Below are positions 1-13,361 of a stretch of 64,000 nucleotides of DNA, in pieces. The stretch's first letter is position 1; each line of letters opens with the position of its first letter. Source of the DNA: Batkoa obscura (lineage: Eukaryota); assembly GCA_030770535.1 (NCBI GenBank), contig JASVEC010000023.1, positions 682,001-746,000 of the forward strand, in the 5' to 3' direction. The notes under the pieces are model-generated. The model worked only from the letters and a program-made list of their open reading frames with translations. It was not told the origin of the DNA and did no database searches. The translations under genes were made by a program, and so were the position numbers.

Positions 1-1017
<1,017 letters not shown>

Positions 1018-1159
1018 GATGAGGTTGATATGAAAATTAAATTGAAGTGATCGTTGTCTATTTATAAATAAATGTAATAAAATAACTCAGTTTAAATAAA
1101 TACTTAACTTTTATTTTGTTTTATTATACTCTTATTCTATTATGTACTTGTTTTATTTA

Positions 1160-2259
1160 TTAGTTATATTTAACTAACATAATTCCATCCCAGCTTGGTA
1201 ATAAAAAAGAATTGGTACGTTGATCATTGATTACTTTTTTATTAAACTCATTTAATTTATAAGCTATGCCTTTTTTAACATTATTATTATTATTATTATC
1301 TTCTATCTTTGGTACTTCACCATGGAATAAAACTATTAAAATATTAATTATTAATTATATAATGTATATTAATAATATAATGAAATGTTTAATTTAACTG
1401 AAACTCACCATTATCAATTATTAGTAAACCATTTTTTGTTAACAATTTTTCTTCAATAATTAAATCATAATAGGCCCAATATTTGGATTTATTAGCATCT
1501 AAAAAAATTAGTAAATTTCAATATTTTTAAAATTAATTAAACATCTTTCAATTTACCTAAAAATATCAGATCAAATTTTAATTCTTTAGGTATATTTAAT
1601 AAACTAAAAAATGTATATTGAAAGTTTAATTATTTCAATTTCAGTTCAAATAATTAACTATACCATAACTCAATATCTTGATTAATCAACTTAATTTCTA
1701 AGTCTTTATTTCTTTCTTTAGTTAAGTAAGATTCTGCTATTTTTAAAGCTTCTAGATTGATATCTACCCCAACAAATAATTTTTGCTTTTCTTTAATATC
1801 AAAACCCCATCCTTCTTTAATAAGTCCTTCATCTCCAACACTCTTACATTCACTATATTCTTTTATCATGTTTCGTGTTTCCCAACTCCATATTTTATCT
1901 GTTTCATTTAAGTTATTGAAATTCTCTAAAATTTTAATACTTTTCTTCATACCACTTATTAAATAACTACTTGAATACCCAGTGAATGTACCTAATTCTA
2001 AGATTTTATTAATCTCTTTGTTAGAACTTAAAAATTTTAAATAAGAACCCAAATTTTTTGAGATCATTTTAGATACTTCTTTAGAAGAATAGTGAGATTG
2101 AGTCGAGTTTAATATGAGATTATCAAGGGAAAGGGAAGTAGTGGGGGCTTTTACATTTTCATAATAATCCTCGGTTGAGGTGCTAGGTGTATGTACTTGT
2201 CGATGAAAGAATAGTAAATTTGGGGTTAAAATTTTGCTTATTTTTTGGATTCTATACAT
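1160..2259 (-). CDS. SAM-dependent O-methyltransferase (Methyltransf_3, CCoAOMT/COMT-like), 4 exons, possible mitochondrial presequence
   Basis: Motifs ILELGTFTGYS, FDLIFLDANK, GLLIIDNVLFHG and WDGIMLV assemble across three GT-AG introns. Stop TAA at 1160-1162; N-terminus is basic and lacks acidic residues. Confidence 0.85.
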
Positions 2260-2416
2260 TTTAAAGGAATTTCTTTGTTATTTTAAAAAACATCAATTTT
2301 TATTATTTTAGAATCTCAATCCATTTGAATTTTATGAAAAATACGTCATCAAATCAATAGTTATCCTTTATTAATTTTGTTTTTTTGTTATAAATTAACT
2401 ATAAAATAAAAATGTA

Positions 2417-2518
2417 AGGGGATATCTTATTTTGTTTAAGAAATTTATTAATAATTTTTCTTCTCATACAGTGCTCAAAAAATAGAAAAAGTGATAAAAC
2501 CAAAAAAAAGCACCCTTA
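2417..2518 (+). mobile_element. ~100-bp MITE copy (diverged) between the FCP1 3' end and the O-methyltransferase start
   Basis: Matches consensus TGGGGATRTRTTTTTGTGTTTAAGAATTTTACTAACAATTTTTCCACTCAAATAGTGCTTAAAARATGGAAAAAGTAATGAAGCCAAAAAAACAYYCCCA; TA on both flanks. Confidence 0.75.
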
Positions 2519-2619
2519 TAGATTATCTTAATTTGATATCTTTTTTCGTATATTTATTTATTTATTAATATTATATATACAAAACAACATAACTGAAGAA
2601 ATTCTCCCTTCTCTACTCT

Positions 2620-5600
2620 TTAGATCCAAACATTGACATTCATATTATCTTCTTCAACTAATAAAAATATTACATATGATTCTCTATTATTAACTATGTA
2701 TACTTTCATTCTTATTTTTTGTTGGTGATGAACTATTTCCATTTGGATTATTGTCATTTTGCAAATTTAAACTGGTATTATTTGTATTTGTGTTTGTACT
2801 ATTCTCCTCTAATTTAATCTGTCTTTGATTATTATTTAAATTATCATTATCAATAATTAAATCTTTATTCAATGTATTTTCTAATGATAAATTTTCTTGG
2901 ATTATATTCACTTTGTTTTCTCTATAAGAAATAAAATTAATTAATTAATATATTATTAATACAAATTATTATTATTATTATTATAACTTAAATAAACTTA
3001 CTCTATAATATTATCACTCAATTCATTTTCATTTAAACTAAATAACTCAACAATATTAGGATCATAAATACCTTCTAAATTTAAATTCGTTTCATTTTGT
3101 TGAAACATATTCTCCATATTTAAATTAATTGAATTAGGATCAAACACATTATTAATAGTATTTATATCTAAATTCATTTGATTGGGATCAAACACATTAT
3201 TCATATTATTTAAATCATTCATATTTAAATTTCCATCATTTATATTTTCCATAGCTAAATTTGTATCATTTAAATTATTATTATTAGCCATAATAAATTC
3301 CATATTCTCATCTACATCATTATATAAATCTAAATCTAAATTACTACTATTATTATTATTTAATTCCGGATCATTTAATTCACTAATATCAAATTCATCT
3401 AATCCAAATGCAATATCTTTATACGGATTATCTTCTTCTTCTTCTTCTTCTTGACTTTCCAAACTCCCATTTTCTTGACTATTTGATATTGATTTTTTAG
3501 TTGGCCTAACTTCTGAATCAGGTAACGGCCGTTCCCTTTTATTGCTATATAGCTCATTCTCTTCACTAATAACAATAATAACAATTAACATTTTAATATT
3601 GAAAATAGTATAAAATAGAAGCTTACTCATAATGTTCTGGATCCGAATTTTGATGATAACTATTGTAGGATTCACTATCTAATAATGCTTCAATTATATT
3701 TTCATTACTATCTTCTTCTTCCAGTTCTCTTTCATCATCTAATTCTAAATCCTCTTCATTTATTTCTGCGCCTTCTTCTTCTCCATTTACCTCTTCTCCT
3801 TCTTCTTCCTCTTCTTCATCACTCTCCTCATATTCACCATCGTCGTATTCATCAGGATCATATTCAGACACCAAAGAAGTAAGTACGGAAGTAGCATCTG
3901 ATTCAATATCTTCATAAGAAGCATTATTATCCGTAAGTGGAGCTAAACCTTCTCTCATTTCATCTTGGTCCTTATAAAATTCAGGTGTAGTAGGAATAAA
4001 GTTGCCATCAGCAGAAGCTGTGGTTAAGAGTTTGTTTTCAGCTGTATTCGGACTTTTAAATTTTTTAGAAGTGACCATTGGACTTGAATTGTTTGGTAAA
4101 CCTTCTAATTTATATTTGAATTCTTTCAAATGCTTCCATTTTTTAATACAATCATAAAACCATTCGATTTTTATAATTGACACTTCATTCCTCATTAAGG
4201 CTGTTTTCACTTTTTCTGTGTTGGGCTAATTATAAATTGTTAGTTTAAATTTTATAACAATAATAAGCTTACCTTATTAGCAACTAAATGAGTCACGTGA
4301 GAAGTGAATGATTCTACATATTCAGCACCATAAAATTGAGCTAACCTTATTGTTTCATCTTTTTGATAACTGTTTCCCAACGGAAACATACCGGAAAACA
4401 TAATAAAACAATTTTTAAATACATTATTTCTTAGCCCTGTTAATATTGTAGCTACATCTGGTAAAGCTCTTGCTTCTTGATTGGAATTTAAATAAGCTAA
4501 TGCATCAGCTATATTTAATTCATGATTTTTATAAAATTCCTTATGAACTTTCAAAATTGTCTAATATATTATTATTATTAAATTAATCTTATGAATTTAT
4601 TAAATAATTACCTTTAGAGTATATTTTAAATGATCGTCATTATCAACGAACATAGAAGAATTTTCTTTTTGATCTAAATAGAATAAAAATTAATTTCAAT
4701 ATTTAAAAATATTACTTCTATTAACGTTTCAATCGCTAATGTAAGCTATTTAATATCCAAAAGAATAAAATTGAATGAATGGAAAATAAAGGTTTCTAAA
4801 TCATTGCATTCTTTTTATAATTAACTTAAATTCAGCGACAAACAAATTAAGTTTACCTTTATTATTATTATTGTCTTCTTGTCCAGGTTCAATAATTCTT
4901 GGATTTTTAGTTTCTGTTTTCAATACAGGCTATTTAATTTAATTAGGCATCGACATTTTATATATTATAAAAACACATACCGTATTCTTAAATTGTTCTC
5001 CGTTTATATCTCCATTTCCAAAAAAATCATCTAAATAAATAAACCAAATCAATATTTAAATATAATATAATATGATATAATATTACAAGGCCAAATTCTA
5101 ACAATATTAGGAACCCAATCCCAAACATCGTATCTATCATCTACTACAACTACCATAGATTTACCAACTGGAAATAATCTTTCAATTGTTTTTTTCTTAT
5201 CGGATCCACTTTCATCCCTTGATATAATTCTATCACCAAAATAAATCTTATTTGGATCAATAACATTACATACTTGTTCCGCATAATTCCTTGTTCCCAT
5301 TGTATACACATGAATTTCATATCGACGATATAATGAATTTAAAAAATCACTTAATCCAGGACTGTTATTTAATTATTAGTTTTATTTTAAAATATTATAT
5401 CAAATATTCTTATTTTTACCGAGGTTTGATATAATAAGTATTTGGATCAGGTGGTGAAAGTTGAAATGTTTTTATATCCTATAATATTATAAGTAATGAA
5501 TTATTATTACTATTATAAAATAATTAATTTACTTTTAATGCTTCATAATTTGGATTATTCTCGTCTTTCATATATTCACCAATTATTGGGTTGGTATTAG

Positions 5601-6278
5601 CTTGAATAACCGTTTGATCCAAATCAAGTATAAGTATAAGTCTCTTTCGTGTTAATAAATCAATCATATGTTTTTTCCCCTCTTCTTTAGCTTTCTATAA
5701 ATTTAAAATAAGTAAAATAATAAATCATTTGCATAGTAAACTTACATGTAAACTTATCCTTAGTTCATTAGAATCATGTGAAACAGGTATAAATTCATCT
5801 GTATATTGAAGGTCAAGATCCAAACTAAAATATTAGTATTGAAAAAAAATTCTAATTAAATTATAATAGATTCTTACTCATTTATATCTTTTCCACAATG
5901 ACCACACATACCATGGAATATTATTGAGTGATTACAATCGACTTTTAGTGTGAATGCTGGATGTCTATTAAATGTTAATTACAAGTTATCAAATGAATAT
6001 AATCAAATTTACTCCGGATATTCAATAATATCATCTTCTTTAATAGAAACATCATGGATAACACCATCCGTCCTTGCCTTAAAATAATCAAACATCGTTT
6101 TAACACCTACTTGTTTCATGGGACCAAAAGGATCTTCAGTGATACATTTCATCACGGGTAAATCATATTCATATAGTACAATATTATCATCTTTTTTAAC
6201 TTTATCACCCACTCGACATAACACTTCTCGTATTAATACGGGGTAATATTCACTTTTAAATACAAGTTGAGTAAACAT
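2620..6278 (-). CDS. FCP1: RNA polymerase II CTD phosphatase Fcp1, multi-exon; last exon uncertain (stop at 2620 or 2690)
   Basis: Catalytic LILDLDQTVIQA (~5605-5640), YTMGTRNYAEQV...DP...YFGDRIISRDESG, SMVVVVDDRYDVW, a BRCT domain (FSGMFP...THLVA...WFYDC) and an acidic/Asn-rich tail. Confidence 0.95.
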
Positions 6279-7245
6279 TAAATATTTGATTTTTTTTTAA
6301 ATTATATTATGCTGTTTTTATACTTTTTTTTAAGATTCTAGTTTTAAATGTTGATTAATTGATTGGCAGATTTTGTTGAGTTCCAAACTGGTTCATGCAT
6401 AAATATTATTTTAATTTCATTGGCTATTAAAAATCACTTGGACAAATAATTTTTATTTATTTTATAAATTCCCCTTACTTAGGAGCGCGTTATTTCAATA
6501 CCATTGAATTAATTTCAATCAATTATAACTTAATTGATATGATCTTATAATCATTCATTACATAAACTTTATCACTCATCCCATATACTCGATTTTCTTG
6601 CTTTTAACTCTTTTATTTCAAATATATTCGTAAGCATTTTCATTGAAAATTTTACGCTTTATCATTGGGTTAACAAATATTTTCAATTTTATGAGGAATT
6701 GTTACGTTTGAATGGAATTTTACTTCCATGTGGCTTTTTATTGAGCAAATTAAAAAGAAGCTTTTATTGATTCAATTTAAAAGTAAATTTAAAATTCAAA
6801 TTTGTATTTATTAAGTATAAAAATAGAAAAACTAACTTAAACTAAACTTAGAAAATATAAAATTAAATATGTTCAATCTACGTTTAAATTGGATTAAGAT
6901 TATAGAAATAATCTAAATCTAATTTTTGGGCAGATATTTTAACCTAATTTTAAAGGGTGAGATTATGGGGTTACAATTATTTTCAATTTAATAAACCTGA
7001 TGAGTATAAAAATTATTAAAATTGATTGGCTGAACTTTGTTTCTTGGTAAAGATTGATGTAATTTATAGATTTTGAGGTCAACCATTTTTAGTGATATTC
7101 ATTAATACACTATGAAATTTTGCATTTGAAAATATACACCAATGACATACAATACAGTTACTTTTAGAATAGGTTATTCGTACCAATAATATAGATGATA
7201 GTTTTATACATTTGTTAGACTATTTTTGAATATTATCAACTAGAA

Positions 7246-7533
7246 ATGAGTGGATTTCGAGGCAAAGCACCTTTATTAATTGCTGTATTAGTTGGTGTTA
7301 TTTCGGGTAATTATATCTTTCAACCTATTATTCAAGAAGCTGCAAGGTGATTGTTTATTTTTTTTGATAATTATGAATTGAATTAATTAAATTTATATAG
7401 GAATAATGATTTAATTCCCAAAGAGAATAAAAAGGAAGAAGGAAATCAGAGGATAGAAATCATTAAAACAAAAGCTAATGTAAATAGTGACCAAAACGAA
7501 GCTCAGACTCAAAGTAAATCTACAGAAAAATAA
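7246..7533 (+). CDS. 77-aa single-pass membrane microprotein, PIGBOS1-like; exons 7246-7346 and 7401-7533
   Basis: MSGFRGKAPLLIAVLVGVISGNYIFQPIIQEAAR-NNDLIPKENKKEE...STEK*. A clean 54-bp GT-AG intron keeps the frame. The hydrophobic helix plus GxYIFQP matches the PIGBOS1 pattern as I recall it. Confidence 0.8.
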
Positions 7534-7905
7534 GGTTAAAATAATCAACTTAATAGATATGAATATTTAATAAAAAAGCACAGTATTTGGTTATCTTTTT
7601 GTAATGACTTTTAGTGATATTATAAAGCTTTTAAACTTGATTCTATGTGTTTTCACAAATGTTAAAAAACAGAAGTAATGAAAATCAACTTTCAGTACTT
7701 TTAGATTTCAGAAATTGTAGAATTTATTCAATTACTAATTTTTTGATTTTTTCAAATATTAAAATCATTGTTTAATTAATTATTTAATTCATCTTTTGAA
7801 AAAGAAATCATTTTAAAAATGTATACCTTGTTGAATACTTAAAGTTTTATTAAAAACTTATTCACTCTAAATCTTTAATCATAACATAAACTTTACTTCT
7901 TCAAT

Positions 7906-9937
7906 TTAAAGCTCATCATGTTCAATGATATTATCATTCCCAATTTTTTCATTTTCAATCTCTTTCTCTTCACAAGCAGCAGGTGTAGTCATATGAAAGT
8001 GATATTCACATTTCTCAGGTTCAGTAATTTCAGTAATTAATTCTTCAATACCACAAGTTAAGAAGAGCTAAAATAAATAAAAAGTTCAATAAATCAAATA
8101 ATTGAATTTGTTTGTTAAATAATTAACTATTAAATAGGATTCCAAATATTTACCTTAACAGATCTTTGAGGACCGTTCCAACATTGAGTACCACCAGTAT
8201 AATCTTGTTGCTGATAAGATTTATTAGACCAAGATGAAAATTTACTAAATAATTTCAATTTGTTATTACTACTTTATAATAAATTTTATAAATAATCTAG
8301 TTTTACCCCAAAAATATGTTTTCTCCATTATTAGATTTTTGATGAGCATCACCAAAAATACAAACTGTATAAACATAATCCCCTTGTGTTTTGTCAAAAC
8401 ATTTTTCATTTAAATAAGCATAAGAATTTAATGGCCCATAATCCATTGTTAATTTATCTTCAATAGATTTTAATTCGGATTCTTTATTACTTAAAGTAGA
8501 CTCTGCATTCCATAATTCTGTTCTTGCATTGGAAGCATCTGTGACAATGGTAGTAGAAAATGGATAAATAAAATTTAATAAATTATATTTGATAGATGTA
8601 TAATAAACATTAATAATAGTTTTAAAATTATTTATAATATTCTTATTAAATCCAAAACTCTCACCTTGATTACTACTATCTTTGACTTCTGATTGAGGAT
8701 CAATAATTTTAAATCGTTCATCATTATTCATATCGATTTTATTATATGATTCATGAAATTCGTTGTAAGCTGTAATTGCTCCTTTAACTGCCATATCATG
8801 ATAATTTTGATTATGATTTAATTTCAAATCTTTTAAAACATTATCTAAATGCTCAATTTTTTCTTGTAATTCTTCAATAATCGATTTTAATGTTGATACT
8901 TGATTTTCTAATAAATTGGCACGTGTAGAGGCACTTGCTTCTATAATGGAGATTAATATGAAAATACACAAATTGAAATGAATTGAAATTTACGATGATC
9001 TTTTTCAGCCTGATTCTCAATTGCTTCTTTTTCTTCTTTAATTTCTATAGATTAAATTAATTAAATTAAATTATTTAAATAATTATTAATTGAAACATAA
9101 TAAAAAAGACCTACTCTTTAACTCTTCTACTTTTAATTTAGCTTGATCAATTTCTTTTTTAATCTCTACAATTTGAGTTTCAAATTTTTCTTTTAATACA
9201 GAATATTCTTTAATATATTCGGTTTTTTTTTCTAAGCCCTATTATTATAAATATTTATGTAATTCTATATTATTCAAATGAAAAGAACCAAATACCTTTT
9301 TTAAAATTTCTTTCTTTTGATTTAATTCCTTATTAGCTTTTTCTGCTAGTTCCTTACAACGATTAGGACACTGGATTTTACCATCATATTCATCACTACC
9401 ATCACAACAAGCTTCATCTACATTATAAATATTTAATAGTTACAAATCAAAAATAACATAAAAATTTTCCAAAAAAAACTTACCACAAATACCATCATTA
9501 ACTCTTGATGATAATATTGTTGCTGGTATATGCCCTTCATTATCACAATAAAAGGTACTATTTGGACAAGCAGAGGTTCCTATATTGGTTTTTTATATTA
9601 GTTGATTCAGTAATTCATTTAATCTATTTATCATTATTTTCTTATTTACCTGGTTCATCTGACCCATCTTTACAATCACAGTAATCATCATTAACTACTT
9701 TGATATCCATTAATTTAGTGGGATTATCAAAACATGCGAATTTATTAGGATCTTGACTATATAAATTAACCTCTATTTATAAAAAAACAATACATTAGTA
9801 TTAAAAAAAGACAAAATCAACGAGACATAGATTAATTACTTACTATGTGGTGGTACCCCTCTAAGATAGTTGGGTTTTTCGCTAAGAATAATGGAAACTA
9901 AACAATTGAATAATAATAGTTTAAAACTTGAACGCAT
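7906..9937 (-). CDS. GTB1: Glucosidase II beta subunit (PRKCSH/Gtb1), multi-exon
   Basis: Signal peptide, [20 protein letters not shown] and VNDGIC..CCDGSDE LDLa-like motifs, a coiled coil, an MRH domain ([21 protein letters not shown]) and C-terminal HDEL before the stop. Confidence 0.95.
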
Positions 9938-10841
9938 TTTTGTAAGAAAATAAAAATAAAATTTGAGTTTATTTTTAATTATTCAATTCCACGTAACTCT
10001 AAGATAAATAGTTCATTTGTTAATTGACTTAATTAAGTTAATTCAATTTTTTTAAAATGGTGATTTTTGCCCAAAATTTAGGTTAAATCTTCTAATTCAA
10101 ATAATCGACTGGTCAATATTATATGTCCTAAAGACTTCAAAGCCCTTAAGTCCAATAAGCGTATCAATTTATTAATTGATATAAAGTAAGATAAAATAAG
10201 TCTCAATGTTTGACCAACGATAGTGGGAGGTCTTATACTCTTCCTAAATGAAGCTAATAAGGTTCAAAAGCATAGTTTTGAAAATAAATAATAAAATTGA
10301 TCTCAATAGAGGGAGTCCAAAGGAAGAGAAATTCAATTGCTCGTATACTTTGTATATAAAATACATTAATTAGCTATATTTTGATATTAATAATAAAAAA
10401 TCATTAATTTAAATAAAACAGTTCAATATTAACTTAATAAATGAAAGTAGTTTTTTAAGTTTTAATAATTTAAGTTATTATTACTAAATAATTATATTAA
10501 TAGGACTTATTTATAAATAAAATAAAAATCAATATCGAATATTTACTCATGAAACAATCAAACAATCAAAATTCTATTATAACAATTGAATATTTAATTT
10601 ATTAATCAATTCTCTTAACTTTATTATAAAATTCACTTACTAACAATGAAATCCACTTTAATTAAGTATGTTCCAGCAAATTGATTTTAATAAATTAAGT
10701 ATTCTTAATAGCCTGGGTCTTCAACACCTCTGTTATAATAAAATAATAAAATAATAAAATGATAGAATAAAAAATAAAATCATAAGTATAAATACTACAG
10801 TTCTTCCAAAATAGTACTTTTTTTTTAAAATACTCCAAAAG

Positions 10842-11441
10842 ATGAAATATTATCAATTAATCTTACTTGCATTGATTGCAACTATAATTGCCCATGAGAA
10901 TAATCATCAAAAGCAGGCCTATCCTACTTCCGATTCTACTTATACTGGCTATAATGTAGACCCTCCAAATACACCGGATATTACTAAAGTAAGTGATTCT
11001 AAATCAGAGCTCCAACCAACTTTATCAGAAGTCAATAAACAACCCACCCCAATTAATGAATCTGAAAGTCCAACCAAAATTGAAAGTTCAACAGAAACGA
11101 AAGTAACTGATGATAGTATTCAAACTACTGATAAAACTGTTGATCAATCTACTTCTAATACGGGATCTATACAAACTAGTAATAATCCAACTTCATCAAT
11201 CGAATCAATGGAAACAAGCTCAGATTTAAGTTCTCAAGAACTATCCAAAACATATGAAAGTAAACAAACCTCAACTTCTCAAGATCTTTCTAAAGAAACT
11301 GAAAAATCAAGCTTTACTAAAAGTTCCACTTCAACTTCTAATACTAAAAGTAAAACTAACTCAACTACATCCAATTCTTATCTTCTTAATCTCTATCCAG
11401 CTTCCGCTTTGCTTGTTATTATTGCAACTCTTTCAGTTTAA
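10842..11441 (+). CDS. Secreted Ser/Thr-rich, putative GPI-anchored cell-surface protein (199 aa)
   Basis: N-terminal signal peptide, S/T-rich low-complexity body, hydrophobic C-terminus after SNS; intronless. Confidence 0.85.
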   Translation: MKYYQLILLALIATIIAHENNHQKQAYPTSDSTYTGYNVDPPNTPDITKVSDSKSELQPTLSEVNKQPTPINESESPTKIESSTETKVTDDSIQTTDKTVDQSTSNTGSIQTSNNPTSSIESMETSSDLSSQELSKTYESKQTSTSQDLSKETEKSSFTKSSTSTSNTKSKTNSTTSNSYLLNLYPASALLVIIATLSV

Positions 11442-12287
11442 TAAAGTTGAGTTTTATTTTATATTTAAAAAAATAATAGTTTTGTTTACTATTTATTTTG
11501 TTATTATTATCAGAAAAATTTAACAAAATTTGTTTTAGTTCTCATATGTACTCTAATTATTAATCATTTTATTAAATTATTATTGTTCTAGGGAATCTTA
11601 TGATTTATAAAATGTTAAGAAATTTCTTTATTAATATATATATTTATATAAATAATTCATTCAAAAATTTGTATAATACTTGAAACAGTATCTGATCTTT
11701 TTAGATATTAGTTTTTGAATTACTTTTAAATAAATAATAAACCTTTTTTTGTTAATCAGGTGAGTTATCTATTTGTTATTTACCCTATTATTATATAAAA
11801 CGAAAGCTTACTATTACAATAAACAATTATTATCTCAATTACAAAGACAAAAAACCAAACTTAACTGGACTATTTGTAAAATAATTATTAAACTATCAAT
11901 TAAATTAGAACACTTTGATATTGTTTTAACCTTAAAAAAGGTTTAAATCCTCAATTAGTTATCAAAATAGTCTTAAACTTTAAAATTTTAAGAGATAGAA
12001 ATAGGACATATCGACTTCTATAAGTGAAAATAAAGTTTACAATGGTTAAAACTACACTGTTCTAAGATAAACATATCAACGTTATAAAGATCAAAATCTA
12101 TGTTAAAATAAAATAGAGTAAATCAAACTTACAATCAATCTTGTTACTAAGAATTGAAAATAACCTAATATATTACTTAATTCTCAATTATTGCTTTAAA
12201 ATCTCAACTAATAAATCACCAAATCCTATTTCTAAAGTATATAAAACATCCACTAGATTTTTTTTATAACAATTTGATTAATAAATA

Positions 12288-13361
12288 ATGAAATTTTTTC
12301 AATTCGCTATAGCTGGTTTTATTGCATCAATTCTTTCTCATGAGTATTATAATAAAGAAGAGCAGGGATCTTCTAGTTTGCTACAGAGTTATGGTTATGA
12401 TACAGGGAAAAAAAGCTCATCTGGTTATGAGGTTTCTAATTCATTAACTGAGACTAGTTATGATGTACCATCTTCATCAGTTGAAGTTAGTTATGAGGAA
12501 ACTCCTTCATTGACTAAAACAAGTTATGAAGAAACTCCATCGTCAACTGAGACTAGTTATGATATCCCATCTTCATCAATCGAAACAAGTTATGAGGAAA
12601 CTCCATCTTCAACTGAAGTTAGTTATGAAGAAACTCCATCGTCAACTGAGACTAGTTATGAGGAAACTCCATCGTCAACTGAGACTAGTTATGAAGAAAC
12701 TCCATCGTCAACTGAAGTTAGTTATGAAGAAACTCCATCGTCAACTGAAGTTAGTTATGAGGAAACTCCATCGTCAACTGAAGTTAGTTATGAAGAAACT
12801 CCATCGTCAACTGAGACTAGTTATGAAGAAACTTCATCTTCAACTGAAGTTAGTTATGAGGAAACTCCATCTTCAACTGAAGTTAGTTATGAGGAAACTC
12901 CATCGTCGACTGAGACTAGTTATGAGGAAACTCCATTGTCAACTGAGACTAGTTATGATGTCCCATCTTCATCAATCGAAATAAGTTATAAAGAAACTTC
13001 ATTGTCAACTGAAACAAGTTCAAATTCAATAACATACAATACTCAACCATCTTTATTTACTCAAAGTCATTATAAACCTACTGTTATTACCGACTTGAAA
13101 CCAAGTAATACTGAAACAACAAATACTAAAAACAATGCTTCATCTTCTAAACAAACAAGTTCAAGTAATGATTCAACTAAACAATCAAGTACTAAAAATA
13201 GCAATTCAACTAATAAACAAACTTCCTCTACTCGCTCTTCATCAGAAAGTGAATCAAGCACAGAAACAAGTAAGAATAACAGTTCTAAATCCAATGCCTT
13301 TTATTTTCAACCCACTCCTGTTTTGATGACTATTGCTATTGTGTTTGTTTTTTCTTATTAA
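12288..13361 (+). CDS. Mucin/adhesin-like putative GPI-anchored protein with 11-aa tandem repeats (357 aa)
   Basis: Signal peptide, 17 repeats of TE[T/V]SYEETPSS, S/T/N stalk, hydrophobic C-terminus after SNA; intronless. Confidence 0.88.
   Translation: MKFFQFAIAGFIASILSHEYYNKEEQGSSSLLQSYGYDTGKKSSSGYEVSNSLTETSYDVPSSSVEVSYEETPSLTKTSYEETPSSTETSYDIPSSSIETSYEETPSSTEVSYEETPSSTETSYEETPSSTETSYEETPSSTEVSYEETPSSTEVSYEETPSSTEVSYEETPSSTETSYEETSSSTEVSYEETPSSTEVSYEETPSSTETSYEETPLSTETSYDVPSSSIEISYKETSLSTETSSNSITYNTQPSLFTQSHYKPTVITDLKPSNTETTNTKNNASSSKQTSSSNDSTKQSSTKNSNSTNKQTSSTRSSSESESSTETSKNNSSKSNAFYFQPTPVLMTIAIVFVFSY
12447..13022 (+). repeat. Coding minisatellite, 33-bp unit, 17 full copies plus a partial
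   Basis: Unit ACTGA(G/A)(ACT/GTT)AGTTATGA(A/G)GAAACTCCATC(G/T)TCA repeated in frame. Confidence 0.95.

Noticed and set aside
1757..3882. Antisense or alternative-frame ORFs 1757-1966, 3182-3454, 3399-3584, 3685-3882
   Set aside because: They overlap well-supported methyltransferase or FCP1 exons and are low-complexity shadows.
12526..12984. 152-aa alternative-frame ORF of cationic amphipathic repeats (MKKLHRQLRLV)n
   Set aside because: Shadow of the 33-bp repeat, whose unit lacks a stop in that frame; it begins and ends with the repeat.
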